Assembly: GCF_037042905.1 (NCBI RefSeq)
Contig: NC_087248.1
Coordinates: forward strand, 3,782,001-3,846,000
Source of the DNA: Lytechinus pictus
Taxonomy: Eukaryota
DNA: 64,000 bases
Direction of reading: 5' to 3'
Every line of letters starts with the position of its first letter. Position 1 is the first letter of the stretch. The notes under the pieces are model-generated. The model was not told where the DNA came from, did not search any database, and worked only from the letters and a program-made list of their open reading frames with translations. The translations under genes were made by a program, and so were the position numbers. This document shows, piece after piece, positions 38,743-50,800 of the stretch.

Positions 38743-41325
38743 TTACAATGTTGTTGGGAGACACCGGGAGTTACAATCATCGCAATCAGAACCTAGAGCA
38801 CAAAGGCTTGGTGTCACAGAACCTTGTCCTCCATCTTCACATATCTCATTCCTTCGGTTGTAACACAGGTTAGAGCACTTGATCTCTATCGGAAAAAATA
38901 TGAAAACAGAGAAATAAATGATAAATAATCCGAAGAGAAGAGAGAGGATGTGGATTATTCCTTAAAAATCTTAGGCATTCTCTATACTCCAACCTGGAAT
39001 ATGGGGAACGACATCATTCGCGAAATCGGGCCCTTTTCCTACTTTTAATCCCACAAATCATGGAGAAATGTAATTTTGACTGTATTCAATTTTGCGTGCT
39101 TTGACCTATTTCTTACCATGCAAGTGGTGATCAGCTAGTGTCCCTCTCACTATAGATACACAACTAGTCCCCTCCTTTCGAAAATATAATATTTCATTGA
39201 TTGGAAGGCCTACATCATTGGCTTACAAATGGGGGCGACTAGTGGATACTATTTCCCTGTAGAAATTACATGTCCGAGGAAAAAAAAAGAGGAAAAGGGG
39301 AAAATGACAGGAAAAGGGTTAATGTTATATCATATTTTGGATATGTCAAAATTTGCCTCTAAATTAGATTTTATTTCAAAGGAGTAGTTTGCTCACTTGC
39401 TTAGCTCTGTCTTGTAATAAAACCGCGTATCATGTCACCTTGAATATTTTATCCATGATTCCTCTGGCCTACGTAGTATCAATACACGGCTTAAGAAGAC
39501 ACAATGGAAGGCAAATAGGATGGATGATTGCGATAAGGATCGATCTGGGCAAGCTTACCCTTTTGTAAATTAAGGAATAATCATGCAGAGGTCAACTTAG
39601 TCTTATAACCTACCTTCTTCCCTGCCTTCCATTGTGCATTCGAAAGCCGCACTCATAACAATGTCGTACATAAAATCAAGACACTATAGGGGTGTTTCAC
39701 AAAGATTTTAAAAATGATTTTTTTTTTAAAGCAAGATTGGTAAGTGTGTTTAGGGGACGCGACCGGGACGCGAGATACAGCGGGATCATCAAGTGAAATT
39801 TGTATCAAATTCCACGTTTGAGTTCGTGCTTCAGAAATGACTAAAAAAAAACACTTGCCCTTCAGTCCTCCCAAGCTATCTAGATAAGATATGAAAGTAG
39901 AGCCTACAAAAAGTCACCTGAATATTGATTTGCATCGTAAATAAACCTTTATTCTACATTCCACGACTTTTTTTTTCATGAATTATTCAAAACCTCAGTG
40001 TCAGACTCACACCAAGGTACGGTCGAAGAGACCATACCCTGCGACCGATCGGACGTGCTTTCACACCGACGTCAAAATTGGTCAGGCCCAGAGCGGTCGG
40101 TCGCTGTACAGCTGACCTAGCCGAAGGCGGAAGTAGAGCGCGTGGGCGTGTATGGGGGGGGGGGGGGTCATTGCATTTCAATCGGTCGCTGAGTACGATG
40201 TGCTTTCACATCAAGCTTGCATCGGTCGCGATCAATCGCTGAAGACCTCTTATGTCGGACTCTGCGACCGATCATCTTGGTAAAAACGATTGGTCGCTGA
40301 GTACGATGAAATGCATGCTTTCACACCATGGTTTCATCGGTCGCTGGGTAGGCCCTACGGTCTGCGACCGGACCTTTGTGTGAAAGCAACATCCAAACAC
40401 CCATCTTATGTCTGTAAGATTGTAACTTACCGTTAGTTGTACTGTTACATGTGTGACACACGTTGCCTTCCCACTGATCTTTGCATTCACATGTAAAGTC
40501 TATGATAGCCGAGATTCCATTACCCACACGTCGGTCGATACATTCTCCACCATGATGGCAAGGACTGGAGCTGTAAAGAGGTAAAGAGGGTGTAAAAATT
40601 TAGATGATGATCATCATCATCAACATGATTACGGTTATCCTCGTCACCATCATTATTAACATCATCATTATAATCATAACCATCATGCATCATCATCATC
40701 ATGATACTCATCAAAATCATCATTATCATTATGATCATAATTGTCATTGTAAAGTCATAATCGTCACCATAGTCATCATTGTCATCCATCATCGTCATCA
40801 TCATTACCATCAGCAACAGACGCATCATTATCATTATCATATTATTATCACCATCAATATCATCAACATCGTCGCCCTCATCAACATCATCATTATCAAC
40901 ATCACCGTCATTATCATCATAATCACTACCATCACCATCATCATCACCAACCTCAAAATCATTATAATCATCATTTTCACCACCACCACCACAACCACCA
41001 CCACCATCAACATGNNNNNNNNNNNNNNNNNNNNNNNNNNNNNNNNNNNNNNNNNNNNNNNNNNNNNNNNNNNNNNNNNNNNNNNNNNNNNNNNNNNNNN
41101 NNNNNNNNNNNNNNNNNNNNNNNNNNNNNNNNNNNNNNNNNNTATTTTTTACCTGCAGGAACACTCTCTGAATGGTGGTTGAGGCGCTGGTGTATGTGTT
41201 TTTGTTAGCAGAGCTGACCGTATGGTTGACTGACTCTGGACTTCATTGACCCCTCCACCGATCAGGAGAACGAAGACACAGACCACAATGCCGACAGTGA
41301 TGGTATTAGCCAAACGGATATCCAT
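38743..41325 (-). CDS. Small secreted protein, 151 aa: signal peptide + EGF domain + Cys-rich CEDGG/GSDCDDC module; complement(join(38743..38885,40431..40570,41153..41325))
   Basis: Phases match: TGC AG|gtaaaa...tttacag|C TCC and AAC G|gtaagt...ccgatag|AG ATC. Hydrophobic leader TVGIVVCVFVLLIGGG. EGF domain CSSSPCHHGGECI...FTCECKDQWEGNVC. Last exon IKCSNLCYNRRNEICEDGGQGSVTPSLCALGSDCDDCNSRCLPTTL*. Confidence 0.85.
40004..40388. mobile_element. MITE with degenerate TIRs and internal gctttcacac / tcggtcgc repeats, in an intron of the EGF gene
   Basis: The left end tcacaccaaggtacggtcg resembles the reverse complement of the right end cgaccggacctttgtgtgaaagc. Confidence 0.65.
40603..41014. repeat. 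Degenerate (ATC/ACC)n microsatellite, intronic, followed by gap 41015-41142
   Basis: Seen directly in the sequence. Confidence 0.9.
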
Positions 41326-42075
41326 TTTTCTTGACGTTCTGCACACATGAATAATTTTGAAATGTAAGAAATGTTATTTTATCCTATATCTTATATTATT
41401 CAGGCATACGCGATAATGTAATTATTCTTTGTGCCTTTCTTTCTCTTGATGTGTTGTTTATCTATTTGTCTGTCTCTTTGATGTCGGTTTCCCCGTCTCT
41501 CTTTCTATGTCTTTCTACCATTTTCAATTATCATGTCGCGCATATTCATTTTTTTTAAATGCCAGTGGATTTATATTAATTTATCAACATATCAAACTTT
41601 TCATGTTGTAAGAGGGCAGCAAATAACCTGATCAATTGTGACAACATGCATGGACATGGGGAAAAACATAATCATTGTGTCTGGTTAAATTTGAGACAAG
41701 AAATAGTGTTAAATTTGTATATATGACAACAATATAAATTATATGCACCATTTGAGCTGCAACAAAATTCACTTACGACAAACAAACAAGGATGAAAATT
41801 TTTGTCTGATTTGGTAAAATCTATATTAAACACATTTAATCATCAAAAAGACGGAATATAGTTTATTTTACTAAATTCAAAATGCTTTGATTTATGATAC
41901 AAATAGGCCTAGCTTTTCTCGATTTTTATCAATGTCAGCACCGCTATAATATTTTGATGACATCTAATTAAAGAACCAAACGATAGGACAAAATATATGC
42001 CAGTGCCATTTGTAAATAATTCAACTCCTTTAAATTTAAGCATGCCCAATACTAGTGATGGTACATTTTACTTAC

Positions 42076-42182
42076 CGAGCTGAATGGTATCCAAGTTTGT
42101 AAATGAGAAAACAGAAGCATTAAATCGTTTATTCGCCTCGTGTTACCACCGTAGACTTTCGATGCTTCAGACTCGCTTTATA
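42076..42182 (-). promoter_or_regulatory. TATA box and 5' non-coding exon of the EGF-domain gene
   Basis: TATAAA on the minus strand at 42177-42182 and a donor gctcg|gtaagt at 42076/42075. The downstream acceptor tgtgcag| puts the next exon start at 41338, 13 nt before the ATG. Confidence 0.6.
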
Positions 42183-42829
42183 CGGGATGGTTCCAGAGTA
42201 ATGACGTGTCAAGGTTTAGAACTGTTATAAAGTACTGAAATTATGCATGCTTTTTTTCCAGAACACGTGCCCAGGCCAAAAAAATACAAGGAATCTCGGA
42301 CATTGTTGATGATCTTCGGACAGGTGACTGGCATCCAAATTCACTGATGATTCTTTTTGAGACATAAAGAGAATTTCATGAAAAAATAGTTTCCTAAAAT
42401 AGACCTCCTGAAATCGTGCATGTGATTGGTTCAAAGCAAATCTGTCAGTGAAAAATCGCTGACAATAATGTTTCGTGAAACACATAACTGAGCTGGAGAC
42501 CTGTGTATACATGATGGCGAATTATTCCACTAACCTGTTATTTTGAATTGACTGACACGCTGAAAATGCAGTCTGCATACATTCCTTGATGCTATGTTAG
42601 GTAAGATTTCACATCGTCAGGAAGATTATTTAATTTAACAATACCTTTTCACTGTTTCAGGTGGTATCTTTACAAACTTAGCAAATAGGCCTACAAATAA
42701 AGGTATTGAAATGGCGAATAGGCCGATTTCACAACACTATATTGAGACAAGAATCCCAGAGTGGCATATCCAGTAGAAACAACGCCCCGCCGAACACAAA
42801 ATAACACCGGTTCCAATGTTATTTACGTT

Positions 42830-43093
42830 CATGACCGTACCCAATCGGGGATGGGGGGTATAGGGGGCGGCTGCCCTTCCCCCAGAAATGTTGAGAAATT
42901 ATAGTTTTTACTAACAATTTTCACAAAATTAACCAAAAGGACGCATATAATCCTTTAATTTCACAGTTAGAATATGCAAAAGCACTTCATGACAAGCTTT
43001 GTGGCTTCGCTCCCTAGCATTCAAGTTTCTTTTGATTTTTTTTTAGTCTTGCCCCCCCCCCCCCAGGAAAAAAAGTTTCTGCGTACAGCCATG
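42830..43093. mobile_element. Small non-autonomous DNA element with poly-G/poly-C subtermini
   Basis: catgaccgtac ... gtacagccatg termini; imperfect 8-bp flanks tttacgtt/attacgct. Confidence 0.55.
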
Positions 43094-44218
43094 ATTACGC
43101 TAGCTGGAAATTGCCTTGCTCTTTTTTTCCATTTTCTTCTTATACTGTTGCCCTCTCCCCCTCTTAAGATGCGCATGTGGTATGTGCCCCTTTACCCTAG
43201 CTCCTGTATACGCCCTTAGATACGCCTTTTGTTAGAAAGTGGGAAGTCGCCCAAAATGTTCTATATAATTCAATACATCCGAATCACTCTATTTTTCAAA
43301 TCCTAGGTAAGATGTCCGGACTCTTATGAATTATATCATATAAACATATATGAAATAATCTTAAAGAAACAAAATTAAGCTATCTTCGGCGTTATTCTGA
43401 TAAAGATATTGCATACCGAGCGTACCTCGAAAAAGCACACCTTTCATGTATAGTTTTGATATAAAAGAATGACATAAAGGCATGGATCTGTGCTTGGTGA
43501 AACTTTGAGGGGTACGACGCAGTGCGGAGGGCAATTTAGAATTAAAATACATTTTTGAATAACATTTCTATTGTTTGGGTTTTTTGCTCTTATTACTGCG
43601 AAATAATACAATATCAATGTGACATGATTATATGCAATATGCAAAAGAATGCATAACATAAACAATATACTCATAAACTGAGTTAAAAAAAAAACTTATC
43701 AAATTCACAAGCGCACTACACAAATTCCATTCAGTCAAAATGAACAAAATTTTGACACAGGCTAGCTTCAATAATCTTTATCAAGCACATATCAGTAATT
43801 AAAAGATTCATTCAATAACAAAGAGGCTGTAGCCCCTCAAATCAATTGGTTCCAGAATCCAAAGTCACAAAATGGCGAAAGAAAGACCAATGAAAATGAG
43901 ATGGGATGCATATTAGTATGCATTAATGTGGGCCTAATGAACCTACTTATGAAAATAAAGCTGGAAAATACTTAATTCATCTGGACTTATATAGGCCCGA
44001 TCCCCCATCAACCTGGCTAAGTTGGTTAGCTCTTTAATCAGTGTCAAGCATAACTGTGCAGTAATTAATATATAAATGTTATGTAATGAAATCAAGGAGA
44101 TATCATATCTCCTTGATGAAATGAAACGCTCATATTGTTTGCTACATGAAATTGTGTTTTTGCAAATGTTTCTCGATCATTGCAGTTTAAGAAGAATTAC
44201 TGTTTTCTTTTTATTTTC

Positions 44219-45503
44219 TGTTATGTATTGGTTATTCATATCAATATAAATTCTGTACAGTTTTATTTAGAAATAAAACATTCCTAAGGTATGAATGAAA
44301 TTCACGGGAAGGAAGAAGGAAACTTCTGGTGAAAGATGTCCAAGTAATTATAACGTTAGATTGGATTTAGTTCGATTTCTTGTGAATATCCCTAAAAAGG
44401 AAGCCATATACCCATAAAAAGAAAACCGGGATGAATGGGGTAGAATTGTTTTGGTAAACATTGACCCAGACAAACGTCAGAACATTTCCTAGAAGAAATA
44501 ATAGTTCTGTTTCCCACTCAATCCGGTGTAAGTGGTAATAAAATCTCTAAACCAATCGAATTCCACAAGGGACAAAATGGGCGACCAGGCATTAGCCAAT
44601 TAGAGGGGCGTATACTTCAGAATACTTTCCAAGAATATTAGAGTTCCACTACTCTTGACCCTTACCATTAGGTCTATAAATCAGCTCTCGGTGAATACAA
44701 CAAGGTGTTGTTAAGGACAACCTGTCTGTCAACCAGTCTGGATCTAGGGATTCCACATTGACAGAATTGGATTGGCATACAAAGTAAACACCAACAGGAA
44801 GTTGTGGGTACATATTATTTTAGTATTTTATGATTACCTGTACTTATTATAAACATGATCTATTGTGTTGTATTGAATATCATATAACTGAGTTTTATTC
44901 CGATGAATATTGTTGTGATTACAGTCTGTTAATATGTTGTATGTTCTTGTTTGATTATTATGTTAAGAATACTGTGTTAGTATCATATTATCATATTATG
45001 CAAGGTTAATTGATAATACCACCATAAATTCTGAAATAGTGATTGATGGTATGAAACATACTTTTGGAAAAAAATTATATATTCTAAATAATATGTTGAA
45101 CCTGTCAAGATACTTTAACTTGATATATCCATAAATGTTTGGGGTTTGAACAAATCACTAGAAATGGATTATATTTATATATAATTTGACAGGGTGTTTA
45201 GGATTTATGATCTGTAACTGGAGTTAAAGAGACGGAACGGAATCATGGGTCTATAGGTCTCGATTCAGACACAGCTTTAGGAGCTTACGTCAGACAGATA
45301 GTTATCGTCAGGACACTCATGAAGAAACAAAGAATCAGAGAAGAAGAAGAAATAGCTAAGCATCATCATTAATCATTGAATTGTATCAATTTGTTGATAT
45401 CTATATACTTACTTTATAACCTGTAATCTTTGTTAAAATAATTTACTATATAATAAAGGTTTTCTAAAACCTAATGATTTGTGTGATTGGTATCCTGTTA
45501 ACA
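44219..45503 (+). mobile_element. Possible solo LTR
   Basis: TGTTA...TAACA ends, TATAAA at 44675 and AATAAA at 45452. No TSD found, so the left boundary is uncertain. Confidence 0.35.
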
Positions 45504-45606
45504 AGTTTGCAAAAGTATGTCGGTTCGTGGAACATTCACTGCAGTCAAAAGATCCCAGCCACGAGGTAGGCTCGAATCATATAGATATATACTAATAATA
45601 TATCTC

Positions 45607-46807
45607 CAGTGGCATAATTACGGGGGGCATGGGGGCACGTGCCCCCCCCCCCCCAATCGGCTGACCAAAAAAAAAAAAAAGACGGGGGAAAAGGAGAAAA
45701 AAGGAGAGGCGTAGTGGAGGAAGAATAAACTAGTGTATATTCTATTATATTAAGTTATATATATATTATATTATTTTATTATATATTATATTACATAAAT
45801 ATTTTTTCATAACTTTATGAAACATATTTGCTGAGGGCCTATGAGTACATTGTGTTCATCATTCCTGGTGCTCGCAATTTCTGTTTAATGAAATATACAA
45901 TCCTGATGTACTAAAACATCCCTTTTTCAAGTCAATATACACCATACACATGTATTTCCTCGCACTTCGAGTTATTGTTTTATGTAGTGACATGCTTCTC
46001 TTTCATGACTACTTAAAGAGATTGCCCCCTTTTAAAGTCTGAATATAAAATATTCCCAGTTAGTGTTTACTTTCGCATAAGAGGATTGGTGAGATATGTC
46101 TGCTCTTCATGAATTCCTGAAAACAGTCCTTAAAATTTTCCTTTTACTGCATGGTATGAATACTCTATCTGAAATTTTCAGCTCGCGCTTCGCGCTCGCA
46201 TCTTTAGTAAGTGAAATACGTATGGTCTAAGTGAATTTTTTTATATAAAGAAGTCTGAGAATGCCCCTCTTCAGGTCTGAATTTCAAAAATTTCAGGTCG
46301 CGCTAAGCGCTCGCAGTATTTGATTAATGAGATACATATCATGTTCATGATTACAATGAGTACAAAAAGTGCTTCATGTGTTTAGGTGTAATTCTTACAA
46401 AATCAGCAAGAGCTTGACGACGCATTACATGACTGGTGAGATATGTATGCTCTTCATTCATTCCTAAAAACTGGTCCTTTTGTCCCTGTTTGGGGTTAAT
46501 ATGTACAAAAATTTCAGCTCGCGCTTCGCGCTCGCCTTGTTTGTTTAGTGAGACAGGTACGTATCATGATTACACAAAATTGCTTATCTCCCTTTTTTTA
46601 GGTCTGAATGTCAAAAATTTCCAGCTCGCGCGCTTCGCGCTCGCATTATTTAATCGGTGAGTTACATATCTGTTTAATGACACGGTCCTTAAAATGCTTC
46701 TATTAGGTCAGTATAACTGGCAATTGAGCACGCTTCGCGCGCCCAGTAAGTGACTCAAAATTTCGCTGGTGCCCCCCCCCCATGCCGTGACCCACGGTAC
46801 GCCACTG
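45607..46807. mobile_element. Non-autonomous DNA transposon with 8-bp TSD (hAT-like)
   Basis: TATATCTC|cagtggcata ... tacgccactg|TATATCTC, with internal ctcgcgcttcgcgctcg repeats. Confidence 0.9.
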
Positions 46808-47387
46808 TATATCTCTATGGTCAAATCTACCCTGTGACAATCAGCCGATCTGGTACATGTGGATAATTTAATTTTCTGCCCTCCCTCTCCTCTTGACAAT
46901 GTTGGATCATGGACCTATAAGTTGGATCAATTGGTGAACTCTGGTTCCCACAATTCATGGTTAATTTCATTAAAACTCGAAATAATAATTAAAAAAGGGC
47001 CTTGAAATAAAGATATTCCGACTACAGCTTATATTTACCTTGTTTGTACCATGAAAAGTGAGTGTGAAATTCTTTAGAATTATGAAGCAACGCCAAGCGA
47101 TTTTGCTATTTCTCCCCTATTTCCCCCTGTCATCATCACCCGGCGGCCCCTTTCCCCCACCCCTCTGAGTGACAGTGCGTAGTGCCACCACAAAGACAAA
47201 GGCGTTAAGGGTTAAACTCCTTTGTATTACAGAATGGAAGGACTATAACGAGCTCATTTAGCCAATACAGGCATTTAAAGGAATTCGAATTAATTTCCAA
47301 ATCCAAGCATAATTGACACATCTATGATGCTTTTTTCTCAAAGATACCTTCGGCAAAATCAGCTGATTGACTCTTTAATAGATCTGG

Positions 47388-47534
47388 GCATGCGCAGTAG
47401 CTTTGTTTTGCCTTTTTTCAGCAGGTTGACCGACTTGCTTGACTGTATGTCATCTCGATCTTGGAGAGGTCGTACTCGTAATGCATGTAGGATCTACGTC
47501 GTTTGAGAAATCAGCTTGCTCAAAACTTTATTGT
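47388..47534 (+). promoter_or_regulatory. Candidate promoter / first non-coding exon of WDTC1
   Basis: NRF1/P3A2-like GCATGCGCA at 47388-47396, a CpG-containing stretch, and a donor |gtaagt at 47535. The WDTC1 ATG exon has an acceptor, so an upstream exon is required. Confidence 0.45.
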
Positions 47535-47814
47535 GTAAGTAATATGTGATTGTGAGTGAGATAATGTTTGTGTATCGATTACAACGAAGGAATATAAGCA
47601 TTTTTGGTGTGCTGTGCTGTGAAATAAATGTGAAGGAATAAAAATTAAAATTGTGTTGTCTGTTAGTGTTGTTTGTTGACCGAGAAGTCGCCCTTTTTTC
47701 TCTGTCATTGTCACTCAGTAGTTTCAGTGCAAAGTGTATGGAACAAGAGCTATGAGTTGTGGATGTATAGCCAGATCATCCAGATGATAATTGAAGGGTC
47801 ATGATGCTGGAGTG

Positions 47815-50800
47815 TAGTATAGTGACGTATTTTATTACCGGACACTATCATGATTCCGGACGCTCATATTACTGCGTACGAAAACAATTTCGTACCGTAA
47901 GACTTCCACAATTCAATTTCACAGAGCAATACATAGAACAGGATTGCAAAAACAAGGCGAAAAAATCCAACCTTTACCTTATTTATCTCTAAAATGACAG
48001 AAAATGCTTAAAATATCAAATAACATAGTTTTGCATTAATAGGTACATTCTCCACAAAAGTGCACCAATAGGATTGGACAAACTTTGAAATTTTGACATA
48101 CGAAAATTAATTAAACTCATTTGAATTCAGAAACTTTAATACTTCGAGAACACATAACAACAAACGGGTGATTTTTGACCCCAACATATTTTTCAAGAAA
48201 TAGCATTGAACTTGAACACCTTTTTACATAGTTTTTACCACCCGTCAGATACGTTACCATTAGGCCTTAGGCAAGAAAAATCGCTGTGGATGTATCATTT
48301 GTGGACCAATAGTATCAGTAAATATTTCAAAGTAAACGTAACTAATATACACACATGATAAAAAATAATTCTTGACATTTGATTGGTCGAGATGTATCAA
48401 AATGATAAATGTTAGAAGTCTGTAAGTCAAAATCAGCGTGAAAAAAAATAGTATATTTTCAGATAAAATACATTACCTAAATTGCAATTCATATCTCTAA
48501 TACAATTTGATCTTATATTGCTTTGAAACATTAATAAAAATCATACATAAATACTGAAATTATTAAAGAAATTTCATTGTAAGCACACTTTACTACAGAT
48601 TTCATACATTCTGAATTACAAGAAAAGAGAAAATTGGTAACGTATCTGACATACTTCCACAAAATTTCGTTTACTGTGGTTTATATCTCAAGATAACGAT
48701 AAACTCAATCGTGCAATATATTTTACATCCAAACGAATTATCAACTACGAACATTCAGATTTATAATCCCGATTAAAAAACACTCAGTAATGCAAAGTCA
48801 TGTATTCATCTATAGCATATATACGTGCATGCAAATATATAACTGTAATATGTCAATATGGTAACGTATCTTACAGACATCTATACTACAAAATGTTGTT
48901 ACTGTGACGCAATAACATAATTATGTTCTGTTTGAAATGTATGAGCTAAACTTTTTATTTAAAGTACACAACGTAGTCCATTTCCTTCTATAAACTCACT
49001 GATAAGATATCTAACACTATTAAGATGGAACAATATCATCAAATTTATTACCTGCGAGTGCAAGGCAAATATATAACTGTACTATGTCAATATGGTAACG
49101 TATCTTACAGACATCACTACTACAAACTATTGTTACTGTGACTTATAATAGTAACATGCGTAAACTCACTCTTGCATTTTGTCTTACATCAAAATGTTAT
49201 ATCCACCTCGAACATAATGATTATTTATGATGATCACCTTGACATAGTTCAGTAAATAAAATTATGCATCGATAAACAAACACAGACAAAATTAACCTAA
49301 GACATAATTATAATACTGTTTCAAATATATGACCAAAGCTTTTGATTTCTAATGTGTACAGTCTATTATGTAGCTTTGTTAACTTTTAATGAAATATGTA
49401 ACATCATGCAGTTAGGAAAAACTTGATAAATTTGATTACATCCGAGTGTTTAGACAAATATATAACTGCAACGTAGGGTAACGTATTTGACTGTTGATAA
49501 TTTAAACTTATAAGTACGATGTTATTTCACTTGGGCTATACTTGGTGTTTCGGCTCTGCTCCTAAAAAAAGAACCTTTTTAAATTGTATAAAAGATCTCA
49601 TTCTTAACAATTAATCACGCTGAATAGTTATAAAAAGATTTGTATAAATTAATGTATTTCCACATGTTCTGTCATAAAATTTGTTTTTAAAATTTAAAGA
49701 GAGCCAAGGAGCTATACGGTAGATAATGGTGGTAACGTAGCAGACACAACTCTCAAGTAATTAAAATGTCTTTGTAGCACATCTGATTCATCATCCACTC
49801 AAATATTTCGGTACATTAAAGCTTACACTATATTGACGGATTCTACTTTTTCATATTTTTGTACATTCAGAGAGCCAAGACAAAACAACTAGACTACGGA
49901 ATCGAAATATTATCCTTCCACATATCAGTTGACAATTAACATTATGTTGCCGCTTGTACATAATGTGGCACGTATTAAAGCAAAAAGCCGGGTAAAAAAA
50001 ATGATTAGCATGATTTAAGAAGGAAAATACAAACCGGATAACAACCGACAGCAAGTAAGGAAAATATTATATTTCAAAATTTCACATTTTCAGAAAACAT
50101 ATTCTAATGAGCAAGTTGTTAATGTCATCCCCTCATAATTTGTCACGTTTAAATGACATTTTGGATTGTTTTTGCCAGCATTGAGGCAACCATACCCCTT
50201 TAAGATATGTCAGAACAAATATTTCAGAACAAATAGCATCTCTCATTCATTTTGTTTTAATTTGGGGTTAGTTGAATAGGAAAACTTTACTGTATCATAT
50301 TTGATAAATGGATTTTTTAAAGGATTTCTGTAAATTAAATGTGAAGAAAATTGTAAGGGAATTAAATCGTTAACTTGCTCATAAAAAAAGAAATGTTTTC
50401 CTAAAAAAAATTAATAACGTCATTATTTTCCTTTTTTATTAAAATATGCCATTTTCATCATTCTTGCATCACAGGGAAAGGATTCCTTTTCTTTGTAAAT
50501 TGTTCGAAAAATGGGAGGATATGGAAAGTGCATAAATACAAGTAATGCTGTCCAAATATTTGTCACCTGCAAATTCTAATATTGATCCTTTTACTTAATT
50601 TGTGCTTCTTTATATTTTTTGGCCAAATCTTCGATTAGTGTCAACTGTTTGATGGTTAACTCAGATTTTCTCTCTGACTTTCCGGATCTCAGCACGCGTT
50701 TTACCCATGTCTTTTTTTTTCTCTGAAATAAACGAGAGACAGACAGAGAGGAAAAATATCAGCATGGGAGTTTTATATGTACATTATTTTATAATTAATA

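Noticed and set aside
39500-39684. Possible extra exon of the EGF gene (CLDFMYDIVMSAAFECTMEGREE, donor at 39612)
   Set aside because: Its only acceptor is phase 0 while the upstream donor is phase 1, which gives an immediate TGA. It also overlaps a 14-bp inverted repeat (39500-39513/39623-39636) suggesting a decayed MITE. Direct splicing is in frame without it.
40520-41182. Asp/Met-rich and Ile/His-rich ORFs
   Set aside because: Intronic trinucleotide repeat plus an N gap.
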